A DNA stretch of 64,000 nt. Source: an uncultured Actinomycetes bacterium (lineage in GTDB: Bacteria > Actinomycetota > Acidimicrobiia > IMCC26256 > JACDBD01). The position numbers and the translations under genes are program-made. The stretch lies in assembly GCA_963768605.1 (NCBI GenBank), contig CAVYIP010000012.1:15688-79687 (forward strand), given 5' to 3'. Shown here piece by piece: positions 18,453 through 27,268 of this stretch. The first letter of the stretch is position 1; each line of letters opens with the position of its first letter. The notes beneath the pieces were generated by a model. It ran no database searches. It saw only the letters and a list, made by a program, of their open reading frames with translations, and was not told the origin of the DNA.

Positions 18453-19713
18453 CTACGAGTCCGCGAGCAGGCTGCGCGCGATCTGGCCGACCTGGATCTC
18501 GTCGGTGCCGGCGTAGATCTGGAGCACCTTCGCGTCACGCGCCAGCTGCTCCACTTCGTACTCGGCCATGTAGCCGTTGCCGCCGAACAGCTGGACGGCC
18601 TCGAGGGCGACCTCCGTGGCCGCTTGCGCGCCGTACAGCTTGCCGGCCGACGCCTCGGCCAGCGTCATCTGCCGGCCGGCCGACTGCATCTCGATCTGAC
18701 GGAACACGAGGTTCTGCAGGTTCAGGCGGGCGACCTCCATGCGCGCCAGCTTGAGCTGGATGAGCTGGTACTCGCCGATCGGCTTCCCGAACTGCACCCG
18801 CTCCTTGGCGTACTCGAGGCACAGCTCGAGGCAGCGTTCGACGATCCCCAGAGCCATGGCGGCGACGCCGGTGCGCTCCATCGTGAACGTCGCCTTCGCG
18901 GCGTCGCGGCCGCCGCCCCTGGACACCTCCTCTGTCTCGCCGAGCAACCGGTCGCGGCCCACGCGGACGTCCGTGAGGAACAGCTGACCCGTCGGCGACG
19001 AGTGCAGGCCCATCTTGCGCAGCGGCTTGCTCTGCTCGAACCCGGGCATGCCTTTGTCGAGCACGAAATGCAGGACCTTCCGGTCCTCGGGAGCGTTGCC
19101 CTCGTCGAGCTTGCAGATGAAGACCGTCGTGTCGGCAAACGGCCCGTTGGTGATGAACGTCTTCGATCCGTTGAGGACGTACTCGTCGCCGTCCCGGCGG
19201 GCGGTCGACTGCATGCCGCCGAAGGCGTCGGAGCCCGAGTTCGGCTCCGTGATCGCCCACGCGCCGATCTTGTCGAGCGTGAGGAGGTCGAGCGCCCAAC
19301 GTTCCTTCTGCTCGATCGTCCCCTTGCTCATGACGGCCGCCGCCGTCAGCCCGACGCTGACGCCCATCGCCGTGACCATGCCGGGCGAGCACCGGCACAG
19401 CTCGATGATCGGGATCGTGAACATCGCTCCCCCGCCACTCGAAGGCCGCTCCCCGTCGTCGCCGCTCGTTGCGGTGCCCTCCGCCGCATCACCTGTGGCC
19501 GCCTCCGCGGCAGTGCGTTCGCGCTCGATGCGCTTCTTGAACTGCTCGCGGGCGAGGGCGTCGAGACCGAACGTCTGGAACATCTTGCGGAGCACGTCAT
19601 ACGGAGGGGTGTCGCCGAACTCGAGCTCGTCGCGGTCGCGGCCGGATCTCGTTGTCGACGAACTGTCGCACCGCGTCACGCACCATCGCGTGCTCGTCAC
19701 TCCACTCGAACAT
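18453..19713 (-). CDS. acyl-CoA dehydrogenase (one apparent frameshift near 19632-19645)
   Basis: ATG at 19713 follows GGAGGAG. MFEWSDEHAMVRDAVRQFVDNEIRP continues as RDELEFGDTPPYDVLRKMF... in track ORF 18453..19766. GAWAITEPNSGSDAFG, YAGTDEIQ. Confidence 0.85.
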
Positions 19714-19722
19714 CGCTCCTCC

Positions 19723-21024
19723 TCAACTCCCCGCTGACCTCGCGAGGCGAGGCTCCAACTTCGCATACGGCGCCAAGAGCAGGGCCGCCGCTGCGCCGAT
19801 CAACAGCACCAGCGTGACACTCGTGTAGCTGGCCACGAAACCGCCCACGAGCACCCCGACCGGCACGATCCCCCCGAACCCCATGATCCACAGCGCCATG
19901 ATGCGCCCGCGGATGCCGTCGTCCACGTTCTCCTGGAGCACGGTCGCCAGCGACGTGATCACGAGGAAGTAGAAGAACCCCAGGACGAACCCGACCGGGT
20001 ACGCCGGTGCATCCGTTCGCAGCAGCGCGAACGCGGTGAGAAGCCCGGCGAAGACGACCAGGCCGATCCGCGGGATCGGCGCCTTCGACCTCCCTGCGAA
20101 AAGCGTCCCGACGCTGATCGCGCCCAACGCCGCGCCGAAACCGAAGACCGCGTACAGGAGGCCGTACTGGATGCTGCGGGGCCGGATGCCGAAGTTGTCG
20201 GCCGCGATCGCCGGCATGAGGCCGACGAAGGTCAGTGAGAAGAGCGAGAACAGGACGAGCGTGGTGAGGATGCGGCGGATGAGCGGATCACGCGCCGCCA
20301 GGCGGAAGCCGGACAGCAGGCGCGCCAGCCCGGTCTCCTCCACCTCGCCCGGCGCGTACTGGCGGTAGCGGGCGAGGACGACGCCGGCCACCGCAAAGAG
20401 GTACGTGCCGGCGTTGATCGCGAACACGGGCGCAGCGCTGAACTGCGAGTAGATGACAGCGCCGATGGCGGGCCCGATCACGCGTGACAGGTTCATCTGC
20501 ACCGACTGCAGCGACACCGCGCCGGGGAGGTCGGCTCGAGGGACGAGGGTCGGCAGGATCGCCGCGATCGCGGGGGCGCTCAACGAGTTGCCGACCCCGA
20601 TCGCGAAGACGCACACGACGATGGCGACGCGCGACGGGTTGCCCGTCGCGGCCAGCCCGGCGAGGACGATGGACAGGACGAGCTGCTCGAGCTGGGTGAT
20701 GATCAGGAGCTTCCGGCGGTCGACGACGTCGGCCAGCACACCGCCGACGGTCGACATGAACAGCAACGGCCCGAGCTGCGCGAAGAACAGGACGCCGACG
20801 AACACGGTCGAGCCGGTGAGCTCGTATCCGAACGCGCCGAGGAGCACGTTCTGCATCCACGTGCCGATGTTCGACGCGAAGGTCCCGCCCCAGAAGATGC
20901 GGAAGTCGCGGTTCCGTAGCGCCGCTTGCGCCGTCCCGCGCCGGAACCCGACGTCGCCTTCGATGATCGCTTCGGTGGCCTCTTCGGTGTCCGGTTCGTG
21001 TCCCTCGGGACGGCGGCCCGACAT
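19723..21024 (-). CDS. MFS transporter (EntS/MFS_3-like)
   Basis: 433 aa with about 12 predicted TM segments. FRIFWGGTFASNIGTWMQ and VLADVVDRRKLL motifs. Confidence 0.88.
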   Translation of the reverse strand: MSGRRPEGHEPDTEEATEAIIEGDVGFRRGTAQAALRNRDFRIFWGGTFASNIGTWMQNVLLGAFGYELTGSTVFVGVLFFAQLGPLLFMSTVGGVLADVVDRRKLLIITQLEQLVLSIVLAGLAATGNPSRVAIVVCVFAIGVGNSLSAPAIAAILPTLVPRADLPGAVSLQSVQMNLSRVIGPAIGAVIYSQFSAAPVFAINAGTYLFAVAGVVLARYRQYAPGEVEETGLARLLSGFRLAARDPLIRRILTTLVLFSLFSLTFVGLMPAIAADNFGIRPRSIQYGLLYAVFGFGAALGAISVGTLFAGRSKAPIPRIGLVVFAGLLTAFALLRTDAPAYPVGFVLGFFYFLVITSLATVLQENVDDGIRGRIMALWIMGFGGIVPVGVLVGGFVASYTSVTLVLLIGAAAALLLAPYAKLEPRLARSAGS

Positions 21025-21084
21025 GGTCGAACCCTAGATTGGCGACCCGCGGACGGCTTGCACGCATTGGCGCACGCCGGTTCG

Positions 21085-21516
21085 ATGGGGGTCGTGCCTT
21101 CACACAAAGCCCGCGTCGTGCGCACGTTCCAGAAATATGTGTTGAACCCGCCCGTCCGCGGGCTGTTCGCGCTCGGGCTCGTCCCACCCACCCACGTGCT
21201 GCTGGAGACCACTGGCCGGCGAACGGGTCGGCCGCGCCAGAACCCCGTCGGCAACGGCCTCGACGGTGACACGCTCTGGATCGTCGCCGAGCACGGGCAC
21301 AGCGCCAGCTACGTCCGCAACCTCGAAGCCGATCCGCGGGTGCGTGTGAAGATCGGGCGGCGGTGGCGCCGCGGCACCGCCACCGTGCTCCCCGACGACG
21401 ACCCCCGCGCCCGCCTCGACCGGATCGGCCGGCGGGTGAACGGGTTCATGGTGCGGGCGGCCGGCACCGACCTGCTCACGATCCGGGTCGACCTCGACCC
21501 CGAAAGTGCTGGCTGA
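21085..21516 (+). CDS. deazaflavin (F420)-dependent nitroreductase-family protein (Ddn-like)
   Basis: FQKYVLNPPVRGL...LLETTGRRTGRPRQNPV...LWIVAEHGHSASYVRNLEADPRVRV. Confidence 0.8.
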   Translation: MGVVPSHKARVVRTFQKYVLNPPVRGLFALGLVPPTHVLLETTGRRTGRPRQNPVGNGLDGDTLWIVAEHGHSASYVRNLEADPRVRVKIGRRWRRGTATVLPDDDPRARLDRIGRRVNGFMVRAAGTDLLTIRVDLDPESAG

Positions 21517-21518
21517 GC

Positions 21519-21538
21519 GGGCGAACGGGCATTCGCCC
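21519..21538 (+). terminator. stem-loop immediately after the Ddn-like stop codon
   Basis: GGGCGAA-cgggca-TTCGCCC forms a 7-bp stem starting 3 nt after the TGA at 21514-21516. There is no T-tract. Confidence 0.3.
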
Positions 21539-21635
21539 CCGCGGGACGTGCACGCGAGGACGCCCTCCCACTAGCGTGCCGGAAATTCGGAGCGATGCCT
21601 ATGGGCATCGCCGCGTGGCCGACAGGCGGAGGGCC

Positions 21636-22573
21636 GTGACGCGCACCGGTCGGACACCGACGAGGGATGATCGCCGTGCACCGCGTGCGGCCGGGCACCT
21701 GAAGGCGGGCGCGGTCACGGTTCTCGTCGTCGTTGCGCTGGTCGTCTTCGCCGCGGCACCGGCGGGCGCACAGCAGGGGCCGAAGGGCGGCAGCGATCAG
21801 GGAGTGGCCGCAGCGCAAGCACGCGCCGATCAGGCCGGCAGCGCCTACATCGAGGCGCTGTCCAAGTCGCAACAGCTCGACGCCGAGGTCGCCCAGATCC
21901 AGGAGAGCATGGCGCGCCTCGAGGAGCGCGTGACTGCGCTGCGCGGCACCGCACAAGTTCACGCTCTCGCGGCGTACAAGCGGTCGGGTACTCCGGTGGT
22001 GGCGGTGCTCGGAGCGGACGCGCCGGCCATGGAATCCGCTCGCCGCACCGTGTCTGCTCGACTATCTGAACGCACGCGACGACGACACGGCCGCGCAACT
22101 CCGGAAGGCGCGCGAGGCGTTCCAAGCTCGGCAGCGCGACCTCGAGGCCGCGCAACAGCAGCAGAACGATGTCCTCGGTCAGCTCAAGGGTGAGGAAGAC
22201 CGACTCAATACCGAGCTGGTCGCGGCGCAGAATCAGCGCCGGGCCGGCGTCGGCCGCCGCACCGGTCGATCGTGTGGCGCCGGTGACCGACTACGTGGCG
22301 CGCCCGGGAGAGCACCCCCGCCACAACGACCCGTTCCTCGTGTGCACACGCGGGATCGAGAGCCACGGCAACTACCAGGCGTACAACGCATCGGGCCCGT
22401 ACCTCGGCGCCTATCAGTTCACCCAGAGCACGTGGAACTCGACCGCCAACCACGCCGGCCGGGGCGAGCTCGTCGGCGTCGACCCCCGCGACGCTTCCGA
22501 GTACGACCAGGACGACATGGCCTGGACGCTCTTCGAGTGGAAGGGCAAGAGCCCCTGGGGCGGTCGCTGCTAG
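21636..22573 (+). CDS. secreted coiled-coil protein with C-terminal Rpf-type transglycosylase-like domain (two apparent frameshifts)
   Basis: GTG at 21636 follows GGCGGAGGG. Signal peptide AVTVLVVVALVVFAAAPAGA-QQ. The coiled coil AQARADQAGSAYIEALSKSQQLDAEVAQIQESMARLEE continues as LLDYLNARDDDTAAQLRKAREAFQARQRDLEAAQQQQNDVLGQL in another frame. The C-terminus reads ESHGNYQAYNASGPYLGAYQFTQSTWN. Breaks lie near 22050 and 22235. Confidence 0.7.
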
Positions 22574-22650
22574 GGACCGAAGACCCTGTGTAACCGCCCT
22601 GCGTCGCGTAGAGTCCACCCCAAACCGGGCACTCTCGAGGGCAGGTCAAG

Positions 22651-23430
22651 GTGAACCAGCAGCCACGCGACGACGCGGCACCAGGGACGAATCGGGCGAA
22701 ACCGCGGCGCATCGCCGTCGTTCCCGCCTACAACGAAGAGCCGACGGTCAAGGGCGTCCTCGAGCGGCTCTACCCGTTGGTCGACGAGCTCGTCGTCGTG
22801 GACGACGGCTCCACCGACAAGACCCGTGAGGTCGTCGAGAAGTGGCTTCCCGAGCAGGACAACGCCTGGATGCTGTCGTTCGACGACAACCAGGGCATGT
22901 CGGCGGCCTACTACCTCGCCTTCACGGACCTGCGCCAGCGACTCGCCACCGGAGAGATCGGCGAGGACGACCTCATCTACACCGTCGACGCCGACGGGCA
23001 GCACGAGCTCAGCGTGCTCGACGAGCTGCGCGACATCGCCGTCGCCGACGGGCTCGACGCGCTGATCGTCCAGCGCGACCTCTCGACGTACCCGATCTAC
23101 AAGCGCGTCGGGAACTGGGTCATGAGCACGTGGGCCTCGCTCTGGGCCGGCCACCGGCTCCGCGACGTCGAGTCCGGGTACCGGATCTTCCGCGCCGCCG
23201 CGCTCGCCGACGCGCTCGACTACTACCAGGGCTACAAGTACAGCGAGACGGTCGAGGTGGCCGTCGTGCTGTGCCGGCTCGGATACCGAGTTCGGAACGA
23301 CGTCATGGTCCCGGTGCCGATCTTCCGCTCGCGTACGAGCCTCGTCGACGCCGCCATCGACCTCGCGATGATCCCCGTCGCCGCGTATCGGGCGTCGCGT
23401 CGCCGGCGTCGCCGCCGCGCTCGCCGCTGA
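22651..23430 (+). CDS. family 2 glycosyltransferase, polyprenyl-phosphate sugar synthase type
   Basis: RIAVVPAYNEEPTV, VVVDDGSTDKT and YTVDADGQHE (DxD motif), with a basic C-terminal tail. 259 aa, frame intact. Confidence 0.9.
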   Translation: MNQQPRDDAAPGTNRAKPRRIAVVPAYNEEPTVKGVLERLYPLVDELVVVDDGSTDKTREVVEKWLPEQDNAWMLSFDDNQGMSAAYYLAFTDLRQRLATGEIGEDDLIYTVDADGQHELSVLDELRDIAVADGLDALIVQRDLSTYPIYKRVGNWVMSTWASLWAGHRLRDVESGYRIFRAAALADALDYYQGYKYSETVEVAVVLCRLGYRVRNDVMVPVPIFRSRTSLVDAAIDLAMIPVAAYRASRRRRRRRARR

Positions 23431-23447
23431 CGCTCCTGTGCGTCAGC
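23426..23447. terminator. bidirectional stem-loop that contains both convergent stop codons
   Basis: GCTGACGC-tcctgt-GCGTCAGC forms a perfect 8-bp stem. The GT2 TGA (23428-23430) lies in the left arm. The deacetylase stop (complement of 23443-23445) lies in the right arm. Confidence 0.5.
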
Positions 23448-24684
23448 AGTGGTCGCCGTAGCCGCGCTCGCCGAGCAAGGCATCGAGGCGCACGGGCTTC
23501 AGATCCCGGCGCGCCAGCCCGTCGAGGATCAACGGGACCGCCCGCACGAGCACTGACCGGTCGGCCGTCACGCTCCCGTCGAGACCGTCGTGGAGCACGA
23601 TGATCGAGCCGGGCTTCACGTCGTCGAGCACGCGCCGGGCGACCAGCCGCGCGTCGTCGGTCTTCCAATCGCCGGCGGACACCTCCCATCCGACCATGGT
23701 CATGCCGTGGTCACCGACCACGTGGGCGAGGAACGGCGTGTGCTGCCCGTGGGGCGCCCGGTAGAACGTCGGGCAGACCCCGAGGTTGTGCCGGAACGCG
23801 CGCTGGGTCCGCTCGAGCTCCGGGTAGCGCGGATCGAGCCAGCGCCAGGCGTCGTGGTGGTACGAGTGGTTGCCGAGGAGGTGGCCGTCCTCGCGCAGCG
23901 CGCGGGCAATGTCGGGCCGGCGGTCCAACGCCTTCCCCACCATGAAGAACGTGCCCTTGGCCCCACGCGCGTCGAGGATCCGGGCGATCTCGAGCGTGTA
24001 CGGATCGTCGGGACCGTCGTCGAACGTGATCGCCACGTCGCGCCCGTCCCGGGGACCGTGGGCGACTTGCGAACCGAACCAGTTCACCGTGGGCGAGTTG
24101 GCGCCCACCCAGAACGTGGCCCCGACGGTCGCCACCGCCGCCACCGTCGCCGCCGCCCGCACCGCGCCCGGCGCGTGCCGCCTGGGTCGGGGGCGGGCGA
24201 GCACGCCGACCGTCGCGATCGCCGCGCCGTCCAGCAGGCCGGCCCAGGCCGTTCCGTGCACGCCGTCGACTGCGACCAGCGCGGCGAGGACCGCGATCCC
24301 GGCAACGGCGCCGATCGCGGCCATGCGCCCCCGGAGCGCGTCGAGCGCGCCTCCGCCGAGACCGACACCCACGCCGATCCCCAACCCGAGGAGCACGGTC
24401 GTGAACGCGACGTCTGCCTGCGGCAGCAACCAACCCGCGACGACCACGAACAGGCCGCCGAGGGCGGCGAGCAGCGGCCGGGGCGGCCCGAGGGGGCGCG
24501 AAACCCACCACGCGGCGGCGGCGCCCAGTCCCACGGCCAGGGCCGCGAGGACGAGACTCGTCGGCGACCGGTCGGCCGCGACCGTCGGGACCGCCGGAAG
24601 GGCCAGCGCGGTGATGGCGAAGCCCCGTAACCCCAGGGTGGGAGCCAAGTCTGAACGCGAGGGGCTCAGAAGGCGGGGATTCAA
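23443..24684 (-). CDS. membrane-anchored polysaccharide deacetylase (NodB homology / CE4)
   Basis: The N-terminal region of about 170 aa is Ala/Gly/Val-rich with TM segments. It is followed by VAITFDDGPDD, LGNHSYHH and FYRAPHG, the NodB motifs. Confidence 0.88.
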   Translation of the reverse strand: MNPRLLSPSRSDLAPTLGLRGFAITALALPAVPTVAADRSPTSLVLAALAVGLGAAAAWWVSRPLGPPRPLLAALGGLFVVVAGWLLPQADVAFTTVLLGLGIGVGVGLGGGALDALRGRMAAIGAVAGIAVLAALVAVDGVHGTAWAGLLDGAAIATVGVLARPRPRRHAPGAVRAAATVAAVATVGATFWVGANSPTVNWFGSQVAHGPRDGRDVAITFDDGPDDPYTLEIARILDARGAKGTFFMVGKALDRRPDIARALREDGHLLGNHSYHHDAWRWLDPRYPELERTQRAFRHNLGVCPTFYRAPHGQHTPFLAHVVGDHGMTMVGWEVSAGDWKTDDARLVARRVLDDVKPGSIIVLHDGLDGSVTADRSVLVRAVPLILDGLARRDLKPVRLDALLGERGYGDHC

Positions 24685-24767
24685 GGCCGGGCACGGCTAT
24701 CGTTCCTCAGTCTGAGCCGCTGGGGGGCTGAGCGGGATCGGGCAGGAGCGTCGGGAGGAGTAGAGAG

Positions 24768-26120
24768 TTGCAAGGGCCTTTCGGCGCAAGGAGCCTCCGG
24801 CTTCGGACGGCGGGGGCGCCATCGAGCGCCGTCGAGCGCGGGAGAACGCCGCAATCCGGCAAGATCGTAGCGGCGGTCGTCGTCGCGCTCTGGGCGGTCG
24901 TGCTGGTCCTGATCCTGCGTCACCGGGTGTTCGTCTCCCACGACTCGATCAGCAACTACGGGCACGTCTGGTGGGTGAGCGACCGCTTCTGGGACGGGCA
25001 CGGGGTGCCGTTCCACATGCCCGTGATCGGCCACGGGAAGGCGTTCGCGTTCCCGTACGGGTTCCTCCCCTGGTTCTCCGCCGCACTGCTCCATCCGCTG
25101 CTCGGCGACTGGGTCGTCACGCTGTGGCTCGTGCTCGGGTTCATCGGGTTGGTGGCGGCGATGTTCTGGGCGTTCCCCGAGGTGCGCCGGGGCTGGTGGG
25201 CGGCGATCGCGTTGGTCAACCCGGCGCTCGTCATCGCTCCGATCATCGGACAGCTGCCCTTCATCTGGGGCTCGGCGCTGCTGATGGTGGCGATCGGCTG
25301 TTGGCGTCGCCAGCGATACGTCGAGGCCGCGGTGCTCGCCGGCCTCGCCCAGGCCACACATCCAGCCGTCGTGCTCCCGATGGCGGCCGGCCTCGTCTTC
25401 ATCCGCCTCTTCTGGGAGGCCGACCGGCGACAGCTCCTTCGCTTCTACGCCATCTCGTTCGTGATCGCGTTGCCTGCCACGTGGATCGTGTTCGTGTCGC
25501 CGGTGTTCGTCGACAGCTCGGCGTGGGTGATCATCAGCAACTTCATCGGCACGCTCTTGGTGCGGTCGTTCGTCATCGCCGGACCGATACTGATCATCCT
25601 CTTCCAACGCATACAGACACGGATCCAGAAACCGTGGTTTCCCATCGCGATCTTTCTCTTCACGCTCGCACTGAACCCCGCCCTCGGCGGTATCCTCGAC
25701 ACGCGCTACGCATGGGGCGCGCTGAACCGCAAGCCGAACACGGACCTGCTCCAGTTCGTCAACTCGCCGAAGTTCGAGCCGAACAAGACGTACCGGATCA
25801 TCCGAGCCGGCGACGGCAAGATCGGCATGTACCAGATCGTGCGCAAGGGCGGGCATCTCGACTCCGAGTTCTTCCCGGAGAGCATCGGCCGCAAGAGCTG
25901 GCCGACTACCGAGGAATACTCGAAGTTCCTTCGCACGCGACGCGTCGACTTCGTCATCGTCTACGACAGCTACGACAAGACGTACAAGACCAACGAGCAC
26001 GCCCTCCTCGACGAGCTCTCGGTCACCGGCCTCGCGGCGTGCACCGCGGAACGCGTAGGCGCGGCCCCGCTCGCGCACGCTGACCACTACGACGTCTATA
26101 CGGTTCGCCGTGACTGCTGA
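24768..26120 (+). CDS. polytopic integral membrane protein with C-terminal soluble domain; family unassigned (candidate GT-C-like transferase)
   Basis: 450 aa. Roughly 9-11 hydrophobic segments extend to about residue 300, followed by a Lys/Tyr/Phe-rich soluble tail (NSPKFEPNKTYRIIRAGDGKIGMYQIVRKGG...). The long first loop contains SHDSISNYGHVWWVSDRFWDGHG. The TTG start at 24768 is uncertain. Confidence 0.72.
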   Translation: MQGPFGARSLRLRTAGAPSSAVERGRTPQSGKIVAAVVVALWAVVLVLILRHRVFVSHDSISNYGHVWWVSDRFWDGHGVPFHMPVIGHGKAFAFPYGFLPWFSAALLHPLLGDWVVTLWLVLGFIGLVAAMFWAFPEVRRGWWAAIALVNPALVIAPIIGQLPFIWGSALLMVAIGCWRRQRYVEAAVLAGLAQATHPAVVLPMAAGLVFIRLFWEADRRQLLRFYAISFVIALPATWIVFVSPVFVDSSAWVIISNFIGTLLVRSFVIAGPILIILFQRIQTRIQKPWFPIAIFLFTLALNPALGGILDTRYAWGALNRKPNTDLLQFVNSPKFEPNKTYRIIRAGDGKIGMYQIVRKGGHLDSEFFPESIGRKSWPTTEEYSKFLRTRRVDFVIVYDSYDKTYKTNEHALLDELSVTGLAACTAERVGAAPLAHADHYDVYTVRRDC

Positions 26121-26132
26121 GGTCCTCCCGAC

Positions 26133-27268
26133 GTGAACGTACCGGCAGCAAGGATCGTCTTCTCCGACGAGGATCGCGCCGCGGTCCTCTCGATGGTCGA
26201 CCAGACATTGCAAACCGGGTCGCTCACCCTCGGCCCGTACACGCGCGAGCTCGAGGAAGCGTTCCGAGCCCGACACGACGCGCCGTTCGCGGTTGCCGTC
26301 AGCAGCGGGACGAGCGCTATCGAGATCATCCTGCGAACGATCGGCGTCGAGGGCCGCGAGGTCGTCGTCCCCGCGAACACGTTCTTCGCGACGGCGGCGG
26401 CGGTGATGCATGCCGGGGGCACGCCACGGTTCGCCGATGTCGCGCCCGACACGCTCGCCCTGTCGGCGAGCACGGTCGAAGACGCGCTGACCGCGAGAAC
26501 ACGGCCGGCGTGATCCTCGTGCACATCGGCGGCGCCATCACACCCGAGGTCGACGCGATCCGGAGCCTGTGCGAACGCCGCGGCCTGTTCTTCGTCGAGG
26601 ACGCCGCCCACGCCCACGGTTCGAGCCTCGACGGGCGGGCTGCCGGCTCGTTCGGGATCGCCTCGGCGTTCTCCTTCTACCCCACCAAGGTGATGACGAC
26701 CGGCGAGGGCGGCATGATCGTCACCGCCGACGAGCGCATCCGCGACGAGGCCCACATCTACCGGGACCAGGGCAAGGCCGGCTTCCTGGGCGGCGACCAT
26801 GTCCGCATGGGGTACGCGTGGCGTATGAGCGAGTTGCAGGCGGCCGTCGGCGTCGTGCAGCTCCGCCGGCTGGACGAGTTCATCAAGATCCGCCGCGAGG
26901 TCGCCGACCTGTACGACGAAGGCCTGGGCGGGATCGACGGGATCACGCCGCTCACGACCCCCTCAGAATCGAACTACTACAAGTACCTCGCGATGCTCGA
27001 CCCTGGGATCGACCGTCAAGCGCTGAAGAGCGCTCTGAAGGAGAACTACGGCGTCTCGCTCACCGGCGAGGTGTACGCCTCGCCGTTGCACGAGCAGCCG
27101 GTGTTCGCCGGCTTGCACGAAGGCAGCCTGCCCGTGGCCGAGGACGTGTGCCGCCGGCACGTTTGCCTGCCTATCCACTCCGACATGACCCGGGACGAGG
27201 CCGAGTACGTGATCGCAAGCATGCGTACCGCCCTCGCCGAGGTCGGATCCAAGAATGGAACCTCATGA
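26133..27268 (+). CDS. DegT/DnrJ/EryC1/StrS-family PLP sugar aminotransferase (one apparent frameshift near 26488-26496)
   Basis: Track ORFs 26133..26513 and 26510..27268 join as ...VEDALT | RENTAGVILVHIGG.... SSGTSAIEI, and FSFYPTKVMTTGEGG with the PLP lysine. Confidence 0.88.

Noticed and set aside
21517-21635. Possible c-di-AMP (ydaO-type) riboswitch upstream of the Rpf-like gene
   Set aside because: From memory, the ydaO motif has conserved ACGGGGA..CCA, GGGUGAAUCC and CCGACAGCUAACCUCGUA blocks. I could not find them. Only a loose CCGACAGG match is present. I kept the leader as merely structured, and it needs an Infernal scan.
23426-23447. Counting the CTGAC-N10-GTCAG hairpin as a fifth operator site
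   Set aside because: Its spacing differs (10 versus 6). It also lies between two convergent stop codons rather than at a promoter, so I interpret it as a terminator.
24681-26411. 576-aa minus-strand ORF opposite the polytopic membrane protein
   Set aside because: It has an Arg/Asp/Glu/Pro-rich low-complexity translation. The plus-strand frame gives coherent TM helices and normal codon bias.
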